A stretch of 64,000 nt of DNA from positions 19,103 to 83,102 of the forward strand of contig DAFS01000037.1 of assembly GCA_002495525.1 (NCBI GenBank). Direction: 5' to 3'. Positions within the stretch are counted from its first letter, which is position 1, and each line of letters starts with the position of its first letter. The stretch comes from Euryarchaeota archaeon UBA89. Lineage in GTDB: Archaea; Thermoplasmatota; Poseidoniia; Poseidoniales; Thalassarchaeaceae. Shown piece after piece: positions 1-8,977 of the stretch. Position numbers and translations under genes: made by a program. Under the pieces are notes generated by a model that saw only the letters and a list, made by a program, of their open reading frames with translations, had not been told where the DNA came from and did no database searches.

Positions 1-1
1 C

Positions 2-226
2 TACCCACTGCTTTTTTAGATGTCCAGTGGCCGAAAATGCAGGTTTAGATTCGTTTACAAACATATATTTTTTCCCTTCTATTGATGGGTCAAAACCCTC
101 TAAGTTCCCATATGAAATTTCTGACATATCGCTATCTGGAATAGGAGCTGCCATAGCAAGTGGTGATAGACTTGCAAGTAACATTACCATTACAATAAAT
201 AATGGAGTAGTTAGATTGTTTTGCAT
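2..226 (-). CDS. Secreted protein, N-terminal part (truncated by window edge)
   Basis: Hand translation of minus strand from ATG at 226: MQNNLTTPLFIVMVMLLASLSPLAMA-APIPDSDMSEISYGNLEGFDPSIEGKKYMFVNESKPAFSATGHLKKQWV..., open to the window edge. Hydrophobic signal peptide with AMA cleavage motif. Not in ORF track. Confidence 0.75.
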   Translation of the reverse strand, partial: MQNNLTTPLFIVMVMLLASLSPLAMAAPIPDSDMSEISYGNLEGFDPSIEGKKYMFVNESKPAFSATGHLKKQWV

Positions 227-317
227 ATTATTTAGTCTCAATAGCCTCACATCCTGTTTATTACTAGTTAATGCCCGTTTGAGACCTATTTTAACATCGA
301 TGGAGCATCGTTCGTAC

Positions 318-1349
318 ATGACAGAGCATAGGGGAGGTCACAAATCTGTTTGGTTGATATTTTTAATACTATTATTTTCCTCATTTTCAGCCTCTGTTTC
401 TTCTAATTCATCTTTAGATAATGAACCAAAGAATGTAGAAAAAATCTCTCCAGAAGTAATTGAAATTCTACCTCATGATTCCTCAGCATTTACACAAGGA
501 TTATTATTTCTAGATAGTAAATTGTATGAAAGTACTGGATTGTATGGTGAATCAAGTATTCGAATTGTTAACACCACGACAGGAGAAATCGAGTTGATAA
601 CTAATTTATCAGAAATATATTTTGCAGAGGGTATAACAGTATCAAATAATAGCATTATACAGTTAACATGGAGGGAGAATATTGGATTTATTTACAACTC
701 TTCAACATTAGAAAATATTGGAAATTTTTCTATTGATGGTGAAGGGTGGGGGATTTGTACTACTCCAAATGGGGATATATGGCTTTCAGATGGTTCTTAT
801 CAATTATCAAAAATAAATCCAAACAATCTTTCATCAATCACCGACTCACTAACGGTGTTCTACAATAACTCTCCAATTAATAGGTTGAATGAACTTGAAT
901 GTCCTTTTGATTCAGGTTTAATTTTCTCAAATATCTGGCTCGAAGATAAAATATTAGCAATCAACTCTTCAACTGGTGATGTATGTTCAGAATATGATTT
1001 TTCAGAAATTCGCATGCAATATGAAAATAATAATTCACGGGAATTGAATGGTATTGCTTATGATCATGAATCGTCTCTTTTTTGGATTACTGGGAAAAAT
1101 TGGTCGAACTATTATCTTGTTGATTTACAGATAAATTCTGACTTTTGTCAACTCTCTGAAAAATCAGAAATTTGTTGTACTGAAGATAATTTTTCTTTAT
1201 TTGATTTTCTATTACTTATCTCAGTTGCAATATTTCTTATGCCTTTTTCATGGCCTATTTTTGGAATGATATTTTACAAAATATTTAGGCGACAAACTCA
1301 ACATCCCCCCCCTCCTCGCAATATTGAAGAATTACCAGAGGGGCAATGA
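318..1349 (+). CDS. Glutaminyl-peptide cyclotransferase (bacterial/plant beta-propeller type), membrane-anchored
   Basis: Motifs HDxxAFTQGL, LYESTGLYG, FAEGI, QLTW, GEGWG, SDGS, LNELE, LNGIAY, ITGKNW. N-terminal signal and C-terminal TM. Start probably ATG 300 or 318; the longer ORF from 27 overlaps the divergent gene. Confidence 0.85.
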   Translation: MTEHRGGHKSVWLIFLILLFSSFSASVSSNSSLDNEPKNVEKISPEVIEILPHDSSAFTQGLLFLDSKLYESTGLYGESSIRIVNTTTGEIELITNLSEIYFAEGITVSNNSIIQLTWRENIGFIYNSSTLENIGNFSIDGEGWGICTTPNGDIWLSDGSYQLSKINPNNLSSITDSLTVFYNNSPINRLNELECPFDSGLIFSNIWLEDKILAINSSTGDVCSEYDFSEIRMQYENNNSRELNGIAYDHESSLFWITGKNWSNYYLVDLQINSDFCQLSEKSEICCTEDNFSLFDFLLLISVAIFLMPFSWPIFGMIFYKIFRRQTQHPPPPRNIEELPEGQ

Positions 1350-2090
1350 ATGAGTGATGAAGATAATGATTCAGGATTTGAATTATGGCTACATGATCTT
1401 TCTATTGACCCAGCCACTAGAGTAGCTGGAGCAATTTTGATTATTCTTGGGAGTGCTTTAGGTGCGATGCTTGGTGTTTTACTTATGGCCGCTGATCCAG
1501 CAGATATTATGGGTCAGATAGGTGAAGGTCAATCTTCTGATACAGTTAATGGACTAGTAATTTCATCCTTGGATAATAATTCTGGGGGTGATCCAATCGA
1601 AGGAGTATTGATTGAATTATTGAATGAAGATAGAACTACAATTGGAAGCGATATCACTGATTCCGGAGGTCGTTTTTCAATAATTGATGCACCTAGACAG
1701 TCATCTATCCTATATGTTCAACACCCTGATAACAATACAGTAGAAATATTACTAGTGCCTGGTGATCATTCTCAAATTGTAGTCACTCTAGAACCAGGTG
1801 ATGGATTTATTGGCCCTATTGATATGAGAGGAGATAGTAATCTTGCAGACTCTGTTTTTGTAGGATTCTTTATTGCAGCAATTACCTTACTTACTGGTTT
1901 AGCAGGAATTGTTGGCGGATTGGAGGTATATAATGGAAATAAATATAATCGGTCTTGGTGGCTAACTTTCTTTGGTTTATTTAGTCGAGGGATGATTTTC
2001 ATAGGTCCTCTACTTATTCTAATTGGACTTGGATTAATGTACCTGACTAGAGATCAGTTTACTGATTATATTTCTTCAGAGGGACAATGA
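1350..2090 (+). CDS. Membrane protein with carboxypeptidase-regulatory-like (transthyretin-like beta-sandwich) domain
   Basis: N-terminal TM, GxPIEGVxI...TDSGGRF motif, three C-terminal TM segments. Confidence 0.6.
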   Translation: MSDEDNDSGFELWLHDLSIDPATRVAGAILIILGSALGAMLGVLLMAADPADIMGQIGEGQSSDTVNGLVISSLDNNSGGDPIEGVLIELLNEDRTTIGSDITDSGGRFSIIDAPRQSSILYVQHPDNNTVEILLVPGDHSQIVVTLEPGDGFIGPIDMRGDSNLADSVFVGFFIAAITLLTGLAGIVGGLEVYNGNKYNRSWWLTFFGLFSRGMIFIGPLLILIGLGLMYLTRDQFTDYISSEGQ

Positions 2091-2095
2091 TTTAG

Positions 2096-3439
2096 ATGTA
2101 TCTAATCAGTGTCGAAGGAGGAGATGGTAGTGGTAAAGGTCTTGCAACTAAAGTCATAGCTGAAGTTCTTGAAAAAGAATTTACATTTACTTCAGTTGAA
2201 GTCACAGGGGAACCCAGAAGAGATCATCCTCTCGGGCGTCTTGCTATAAATTCAGTACGAACAAAAACAATGACTCCTGAGGGAGAAGCAGGTCTATTTG
2301 CTGCAGATAGGGTCGATCATTCACATGGTTGGATATTACCTCGATTGGAGGAGGGAAGAGTAGTGGTAAGTGAAAGAAATGTTCATTCTTCGCTTATTTA
2401 TCAAGGAATTGTAGGTGGTTTAGGATTGGAAAAAGTTTCTCATATGAATTCTGCAGCCTTAGTCCCTGATCTATGTATTTGGGTAGATTGTGACCCCGAT
2501 TTAGCCTTGAATAGAATTAGGACCGGTACTCTCCGTGCTCACTCTGAGAAAGAAGAATATTTTGAGACTAGTTCCTTGCAGAAGGAGATTAGGTCGGGAT
2601 ATCATAGCTTGCTTTCTGGGGAATTAGAAATGCCTACTCCATTTGATATGGGGGCAATTATTGGCCCAGTTTTAAATGAAGGAAGTGAAGAAGAATTCAG
2701 AAATCAGTTGAGAATGAGAGTAAGGAGATTTTTGAACTCTCATCCAAATCCAATTAATGTTAAGGTAGAAATCGTAGAGCAAAATCTAATAAGAAAATTA
2801 TTGATTAAAAGTAAGGGTCAAACTACTCTTGTTGGACTTGGTGTTGAACCGAATAATACTCGTGATGATTGGCTCAATGACAAGAAACCATGGCAGGTTC
2901 TTAAAAGTGCTCAAAAACAACATGATGATGTTCTATCAAATCATGAAGGTAATGTATTACCCTATATTCCAAAAAGCGTCCTCTCTCATTCAATATCATC
3001 TATAGTTGGGACATTATCAATTATGGCTAACGCAGATGTTGGAGAGTTACGATATGCACAAGGTCCAATCAGGGCAGTTTCTGAAAGTCATTGTCATAAA
3101 ATAATCAGATATCTAAACGATGATTTAGATTGGTTACACCAACATCGCTCATTAATTGGAAGAGATACGGCTAGAAACCAGATTAAAGAACAATTCTTGC
3201 CATTCGGTTATCTTTCACTAGCAGTTTGGCCTCTCAGGAAAGTTATAAAAACGTGGATAGGGAAAAATCCGAGTACTCATATTCGATTTTGTATAGGTCA
3301 AATTATTAGTTCAGGAAGACATTCTGTAGCAGTTAATAGCTGTATCCAGAGGATTAGAATTTTGGGTTCTGGTAATTCATCTATCAAAGCACCCATTGAT
3401 GAAAAGGATTTGGTAAGATGGTGGCAAGGAAAAAATTAG
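2096..3439 (+). CDS. tmk: Thymidylate kinase with ~230-aa C-terminal extension
   Basis: EGGDGSGK P-loop, EP, LFAADR, ERxxxSSxxYQG and PDL motifs in the first ~215 aa. Confidence 0.85.
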   Translation: MYLISVEGGDGSGKGLATKVIAEVLEKEFTFTSVEVTGEPRRDHPLGRLAINSVRTKTMTPEGEAGLFAADRVDHSHGWILPRLEEGRVVVSERNVHSSLIYQGIVGGLGLEKVSHMNSAALVPDLCIWVDCDPDLALNRIRTGTLRAHSEKEEYFETSSLQKEIRSGYHSLLSGELEMPTPFDMGAIIGPVLNEGSEEEFRNQLRMRVRRFLNSHPNPINVKVEIVEQNLIRKLLIKSKGQTTLVGLGVEPNNTRDDWLNDKKPWQVLKSAQKQHDDVLSNHEGNVLPYIPKSVLSHSISSIVGTLSIMANADVGELRYAQGPIRAVSESHCHKIIRYLNDDLDWLHQHRSLIGRDTARNQIKEQFLPFGYLSLAVWPLRKVIKTWIGKNPSTHIRFCIGQIISSGRHSVAVNSCIQRIRILGSGNSSIKAPIDEKDLVRWWQGKN

Positions 3440-4185
3440 TCTTTGAATACTAATCTAGCATTTGCAGGAAGTTTGACTTGACTTGAATCTGCAAAATCTT
3501 CTGTTTTCGAACTAATTGCAGCACAGAACCACCATGATAGAACAAATCCTGCTATGGTACCAGTAACCAATCTGATAGGATTAGTTGACTCATAATCAGT
3601 TAAAAGTTGATAAAAACCATCAAAACCTATCGGCAAAGCTCCTATTGAAAGAAACAAAATCATACCAAGCATTCTTCTATCTTTGATGTATAATGAACTA
3701 ATATTTTCATCTCTGAATACAGATAGGAAAGAATCCCTAACAGTCCATCTATTCAAGCCTTTAGATCTCCAAAACAATGCTCCCATGAATAAACCTAGGA
3801 ACAATCCTACATCTCTAACACATACAGCTAATTGGTTACCATTTATTTCCCAAGACCTCTCACTTTTTTGATGACAATTGAGATCTCCAAAAGAGTAGAC
3901 AAATGCTGCTACTGGATTTAGTTCCGTCCAACTGAAGTAACCAAATATTTCTTGGTTTTGTCCTATATCGTCATTCTGGCCATTATTCTGATTCCCCCAA
4001 GAACCCCAACCATCTTCAGTGGCATAATCTATTCTATTTGCTCTTCCCGAAAGTTCAGGTACCGAGTTCGTAACTAAGAAAACTGGTATTATGAATAAAA
4101 GAATCAAGTATAATCCTGTTATTGACGCAATGAGTCTACCAACCTTTTCTTCTCGGGTCCTTTCCTCCCGTCCATTGGGTAACAT
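3436..4185 (-). CDS. DUF2085-like membrane protein
   Basis: CHQxxERS...GNQLAVCxRD.G and DGxxQ...ESTNxxRLxTG motifs; multiple TM helices. Confidence 0.75.
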   Translation of the reverse strand: MLPNGREERTREEKVGRLIASITGLYLILLFIIPVFLVTNSVPELSGRANRIDYATEDGWGSWGNQNNGQNDDIGQNQEIFGYFSWTELNPVAAFVYSFGDLNCHQKSERSWEINGNQLAVCVRDVGLFLGLFMGALFWRSKGLNRWTVRDSFLSVFRDENISSLYIKDRRMLGMILFLSIGALPIGFDGFYQLLTDYESTNPIRLVTGTIAGFVLSWWFCAAISSKTEDFADSSQVKLPANARLVFKD

Positions 4186-4234
4186 CTAAACTAATACAGT
4201 TAATTTTTGGATATAAATGATTTGAATTTATAAT

Positions 4235-4375
4235 TCATGAATAAATCGGAACTCCTTCACAACATGCTTCTACAACTCTTCTACAATTAGGGCATTCCAT
4301 GTGCTGTCTAACTGGTATTGCTGCTCCTAAGAAGCCACAAACACAAGTTATTTCTTTACAATGGTCGTAGTCCAC
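4235..4375 (-). CDS. Cys-rich 46-aa putative metal-binding microprotein
   Basis: Hand translation from GTG at 4375: VDYDHCKEITCVCGFLGAAIPVRQHMECPNCRRVVEACCEGVPIYS*. 7 Cys; co-oriented 34 nt downstream of sufD. Not in ORF track. Confidence 0.6.
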   Translation of the reverse strand: MDYDHCKEITCVCGFLGAAIPVRQHMECPNCRRVVEACCEGVPIYS

Positions 4376-4409
4376 AAGATGTCTAAAGCAACTAGGTTCT
4401 AATTTGTTT

Positions 4410-5516
4410 CTATGTTGTCAAAGTCTTTAATTCATCTTGTAAGTTCTCTGCCAACCATTGATGTAAGGTTTCACTTCCCATTTCTGAGAGAGTAGTATTT
4501 AGAAAAGCCGCTATCAGTGCATCTTTTGCATCGTCTGGACTGAAACCTCTAGCTTCTAGATAGAATAATTGCTCTTCATCAACGGGGCCATTAGCAGTTC
4601 CATGTCCACAACCAACCACGTCATGTTCGCTAACTTCTAGTTCAGGGATACTGTCTGCTTCTGCCTTCTTTGAGAGTAATAGGTTACGGAATAACTGACC
4701 CGCATCTGCACCTTTAGATCCATCAGATACTCTTAGCATCCCAGTACCTATTGTTCTACTATTCCCTCCACAAGCAGAATGCCAGTCTAGTCTACTGTAT
4801 GTCTCTGGAGCATCATGGTATATCTCTATGTGATGATCTATATGCATTCTTTCTGCTGACAAGATAGAACCGAGAACTCTAAGGTTACTACCGTTTTCAT
4901 TCATCATGTATCTTAAATCAGCCTTGGTTTTTTCAGATCCTGAACTGATACTTCCCGCTTTAACTTGAGAATCTTTACCAATATTAATTGCGTCAACTCT
5001 TAGTAAAGTTCCACTTTTCATTTGACCAACAACTACATCATTTATTATCGATCCTTCGCCAATATTCGCTTTACGCAATAATCCAAACCATCCTGGTTCT
5101 CCTTCGATTAATGTGATTAGTTCAAACTCACAATGCCTTCCGATTTCAATACTCAGATTAATAGCCGAATTTACCGATTCAGAATCAATTCTCAATAGAA
5201 CGGGTTGTTCTAAAACAGTATTGTTTTTTACTTTGAAAGTAAATTTGGAATCCTGAGATACCGACTCTATGAAACTCATAGAAATTTGGTCACTAAAGCT
5301 ATTTTTCATACTTTTACTATATTCCTTGGTTATACTAACTTCATTTGGTACATCACTACCATCAAGGAAAGATAAATTTATGTTAGGTTGCTTATAGTTA
5401 CTGGGTATTTCTCTAATATTTCCAGTTGGATGAATTCTCTTCCATGGAGAATATCTCCATAGATGATCCGAATTATCTGGTTCATCAAGAGAGAGGTATA
5501 ATTCTTCGGGATTCAT
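4410..5516 (-). CDS. sufD: Fe-S cluster assembly protein SufD
   Basis: WRYS, NLLLS, ADSIPELE, DVxxCGHG, LFYLEARG motifs; follows sufB. ATG 5516 preferred over TTG 5540. Confidence 0.85.
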   Translation of the reverse strand: MNPEELYLSLDEPDNSDHLWRYSPWKRIHPTGNIREIPSNYKQPNINLSFLDGSDVPNEVSITKEYSKSMKNSFSDQISMSFIESVSQDSKFTFKVKNNTVLEQPVLLRIDSESVNSAINLSIEIGRHCEFELITLIEGEPGWFGLLRKANIGEGSIINDVVVGQMKSGTLLRVDAINIGKDSQVKAGSISSGSEKTKADLRYMMNENGSNLRVLGSILSAERMHIDHHIEIYHDAPETYSRLDWHSACGGNSRTIGTGMLRVSDGSKGADAGQLFRNLLLSKKAEADSIPELEVSEHDVVGCGHGTANGPVDEEQLFYLEARGFSPDDAKDALIAAFLNTTLSEMGSETLHQWLAENLQDELKTLTT

Positions 5517-5532
5517 TTGGATATACCCCCAA

Positions 5533-6954
5533 TTAACCAATGCTTCCTTCCATTTCCAATGCCATTAACTTATTGAGTTCAACAGCATATTCCATTGGAA
5601 GTTCTCTGGTAAAAGGTTCGAAGAATCCATTCACAATCAGTGCTAATGCTTCTTCTTCTGAATGTCCTCTACTCATCAAATAGAACAATTGGTTGTCACT
5701 AACCTTTGAAACACTAGCTTCATGTTCACAACGTGCCGTAGGATTCGCTACTTCCATTGTCGGATATGTGTCACTTCTACTATCCTCGTCCAGAATTAAA
5801 GCATCACAGACTACATTTAATTTACAATTTTCAGCTTTAGGAGAAACCTTTACTAGCCCCCTGTATGAACCTCTACCACCATCTTTACTGATTGATTTAG
5901 ATAATATTTTGCTTGTTGTATTGCTTGCTAAGTGGTGTATTTTTGCACCAGCATCTTGATGTTGACCTGAACCGGAATATGCTACTGAAATAACCTCTGC
6001 ATGAGATCCTTCTCCTTTGAGAATAACAGAAGGATACTTCATTGTTAGTTTACTACCTATATTTCCATCTACCCATTCAATTTTCGCTTTCTCATGAGCA
6101 ATTCCTCTTTTTGTAACAAGGTTGTATACGTTAGCACTCCAATTCTGGACAGTACTGTATCTAATGTGTGCCCCAGGTAAAGCGATTAGTTCAACTACTG
6201 CTGAATGCAATGAATCTGTGGAATAAGTTGGTGCAGTACATCCTTCAACATAATGTATACTACTACCTTCGTCGGCAATAATCAAAGTTCTTTCAAATTG
6301 ACCCATATTTTTAGCATTAATTCTAAAATATGCTTGAACGGGTAACTCTACATGAACTCCTTTGGGTACGTAGATAAATGATCCACCTGACCAAACTGCA
6401 GTGTTTAGTGCACTAAATTTATTGTCAGAGTAAGGAACTACACTACCGAACCATTCTTTTACTAATTCTTCATATTCTCTTAGGCCACTATCCATGTCCA
6501 AGAAAATCACTCCTTGTTTTTCGAGATCTTCCCTGATTGAATGATAAACTGCCTCAGATTCATATTGGGCAGTTACACCACTAAGCCATTTTTGTTCGGC
6601 ATCCGGTATACCCAATTTATCGAATGTATTCCTAATATCTTCAGGGACATCTTCCCAATCATTTTCTGTAGCTTTGGATGACCTTAGATAATAGCAAATT
6701 GATTCGAAATCAATTTGCTTTAGCATAGACATATTTCCCCACGTGGGCATCGGTCTTTCATCAAAATGTTTGAATGCCTTTACTCTCATTTCAGTCATCC
6801 ATTCAGGCTCATTTTTTAACTCTGAAATATCTCTGACAACTTTTTCCGATAGACCCGCATCAAATCGAATTGTTGAATTCTCCGGGTCGTGCCATCCTGC
6901 CTTGTAATCTCCTACTGCTTCCCTTGCATCACTATCTGCCATATTTACCACCAT
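5533..6954 (-). CDS. sufB: Fe-S cluster assembly protein SufB
   Basis: [50 protein letters not shown]...EGSIG motifs. Confidence 0.97.
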   Translation of the reverse strand: MVVNMADSDAREAVGDYKAGWHDPENSTIRFDAGLSEKVVRDISELKNEPEWMTEMRVKAFKHFDERPMPTWGNMSMLKQIDFESICYYLRSSKATENDWEDVPEDIRNTFDKLGIPDAEQKWLSGVTAQYESEAVYHSIREDLEKQGVIFLDMDSGLREYEELVKEWFGSVVPYSDNKFSALNTAVWSGGSFIYVPKGVHVELPVQAYFRINAKNMGQFERTLIIADEGSSIHYVEGCTAPTYSTDSLHSAVVELIALPGAHIRYSTVQNWSANVYNLVTKRGIAHEKAKIEWVDGNIGSKLTMKYPSVILKGEGSHAEVISVAYSGSGQHQDAGAKIHHLASNTTSKILSKSISKDGGRGSYRGLVKVSPKAENCKLNVVCDALILDEDSRSDTYPTMEVANPTARCEHEASVSKVSDNQLFYLMSRGHSEEEALALIVNGFFEPFTRELPMEYAVELNKLMALEMEGSIG

Positions 6955-7719
6955 TTAATCCTCAGAACCTTCTTCGAGCCAGTCATAACCTCTTTCTTCA
7001 AGTTCTAATGCCAATTCAGGACCTCCTGTTTTGACAATCTTACCAGAAATTAGAACATGTATCTTATCAGGTTTAACATGTTCAAGAATTCTAGAGTAAT
7101 GGGTAATTATTAAAGCACCAGATTCAGTACCTCTAATGGCAGCATTAATTCCCTTAGCAACAGTTCTGATACCATCAATATCTAATCCCGAATCAGTTTC
7201 ATCCAGAATTGCTAATTTTGGTTTCATTAGCATAAGCTGTAAAATTTCGAATCTCTTTTTTTCTCCTCCACTAAATCCATCATTGACATACCTTCCAAGA
7301 AATGAAGAAGGAATATCTAATTCCTTCATAGATTCTTTTAATTTATTTCTAAATTCTTTACCCTTGGCTGCTTCCTCTCCCAGAATTGCTGCAACAGATT
7401 TTCTTAGGAAGTTTCCAACCTGTAGGCCGGGAACTGATTGCGGATATTGGAATGATAAAAATACTCCTTCTCTTGCTCTTTCCCAAGTCTCCATTTCGAG
7501 TAGATTCTCACCATTTAGCTCAACAATACCACTTTCTACTTCATAGTCAGGATGTCCCATGATAATATTTGCAGTAGTAGTTTTTCCACTCCCATTTCTC
7601 CCCATAATCGCATGAATTTCTCCGGGCTTTATCTCTAAATTAATGCCCTTCAAGATAGATGTATCATCAATACATGCATACAAATCTTGGATATTTAATA
7701 GTTTTAAATCTTTAGACAT
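6955..7719 (-). CDS. sufC: Fe-S cluster assembly ATPase SufC
   Basis: GRNGSGKT Walker A, FQYP, GFSGGEKKR, LDETDSGLD, ITHY, GGPELA..LE..GY. Confidence 0.97.
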   Translation of the reverse strand: MSKDLKLLNIQDLYACIDDTSILKGINLEIKPGEIHAIMGRNGSGKTTTANIIMGHPDYEVESGIVELNGENLLEMETWERAREGVFLSFQYPQSVPGLQVGNFLRKSVAAILGEEAAKGKEFRNKLKESMKELDIPSSFLGRYVNDGFSGGEKKRFEILQLMLMKPKLAILDETDSGLDIDGIRTVAKGINAAIRGTESGALIITHYSRILEHVKPDKIHVLISGKIVKTGGPELALELEERGYDWLEEGSED

Positions 7720-7845
7720 GTTAGTTCCTAACCTTTCGTGTATGCCGCCCCTTTTGAATAAATGCTTATTCCCCTAATAAATCATACCTCAGATTATAGT
7801 TTTTTTTGGTCACCCTAAAATGAAATAGCATACTCGGGATGATTA

Positions 7846-8343
7846 ATGAGCGACCACTCGGATAATAAATTACCCGTTGTGGAAGATTTATCTGAATCAT
7901 ATAGAAAACAGATTGAAGGTGTAATTAAAGAAGAAGCTATGCGTCGTATTTCTGAATCACAATCTCCTGAAGAATTAGAAAGATTAACAAGTTTGTCATT
8001 GGTAAATTTATATGAATCGAATGATTCCGATTTAATTCCTGCCCTGATGTCTAGGTTAGGAGTAGTTAGAGCAGCTCTGGACGGTCATGGAGGAGGTCTC
8101 TTGGTTACCTCAGTTGAAATCGAGACGAATAGTATTGGTGACAGAGTATTATCTTTAATCCTAGATTTGGATGGTGCTTGTGTCTCGTGTGGTGCTGCTC
8201 CAGGTACGCTTAAGGGAATTCAGGATGATTTACTGATGGATAAGGAAGTAGTTTCTGTTCGATTTACAGTCTCAATGCTAGAATGGTTCGATGAGATTCA
8301 AAAAGAGTTTGTGTTGAAATTTGGAGGAGTAGTTTTCGTTTAG
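7846..8343 (+). CDS. NifU-C/NfuA-like Fe-S carrier
   Basis: VRxALxxHGG...L.GACVSC...TLK.I signature; divergent from sufCBD. Confidence 0.8.
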   Translation: MSDHSDNKLPVVEDLSESYRKQIEGVIKEEAMRRISESQSPEELERLTSLSLVNLYESNDSDLIPALMSRLGVVRAALDGHGGGLLVTSVEIETNSIGDRVLSLILDLDGACVSCGAAPGTLKGIQDDLLMDKEVVSVRFTVSMLEWFDEIQKEFVLKFGGVVFV

Positions 8344-8975
8344 ATTATCTTTTCAAATTCATCAATAGCTTGTTTCGAAAAACCTAGTACAGTTACTTCT
8401 TCTCCTTCAATGATTTTTGTGTACTGACTAGCCGCTCCAGCGAAATCATAACCTCCAGCCTTCCCAACCCATGAATCACTTTCAACTAAAGAAATCAAAT
8501 CTTCTTCTCTTAAATCATCAAATTCTACTATTGCAAAATCAGTCCAAATTCTATACCTCCATTCGGAATACAGTTTTTGATATTGATTATTATTCCGAGT
8601 CAATATTGCTGTTGAAGACCAAACTCTATGCCTTTTCCCAGAAAGTCTCAGTAACATACTCGTAGCTTTCATTCTATCTCCGGGTTTCCCTAATGCTATT
8701 TTTTCCCCTTCAGGGGCTTCTACTAAAGTGTCAGATACAATTATCATTTCTGGATCATTAAAGGTGTCTGATTCTCTAAAACTCCATTCTAAAGCCGCAG
8801 ATTCCGCCTTTGAAAAACAAATATCTGCCGACTGCTTTTCCACAGTTTCGCTATTTCCAATATTTTTTTCTTTACTTAGTAGAGGCTTACAAATTAGTTC
8901 AATACTCTCATAACGACCATTTAACCAATCCGATCTCCTCTCGGAAGCAGATGCAAGTAGGACTCGCACTATCAC
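8340..8975 (-). CDS. maf: Maf-family nucleotide pyrophosphatase
   Basis: LASASxRR, KA, SDT, LGKP, LSGKxH, KAGGY, VLG motifs. Confidence 0.9.
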   Translation of the reverse strand: MIVRVLLASASERRSDWLNGRYESIELICKPLLSKEKNIGNSETVEKQSADICFSKAESAALEWSFRESDTFNDPEMIIVSDTLVEAPEGEKIALGKPGDRMKATSMLLRLSGKRHRVWSSTAILTRNNNQYQKLYSEWRYRIWTDFAIVEFDDLREEDLISLVESDSWVGKAGGYDFAGAASQYTKIIEGEEVTVLGFSKQAIDEFEKII

Positions 8976-8977
8976 AC

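Noticed and set aside
27..299. N-terminal ~90 aa of the track's 440-aa ORF
   Set aside because: It is the antisense of a signal-peptide-bearing minus-strand gene (2-226); the cyclase signal peptide starts after position 300.
1336..2090. Two consecutive genes end in near-identical CAGAGGG(G/A)CAATGA (1336-1349, 2077-2090; both ...EGQ*)
   Set aside because: Best explained by an embedded SD-like GAGGG plus stop for translational coupling; too short to call a repeat element.
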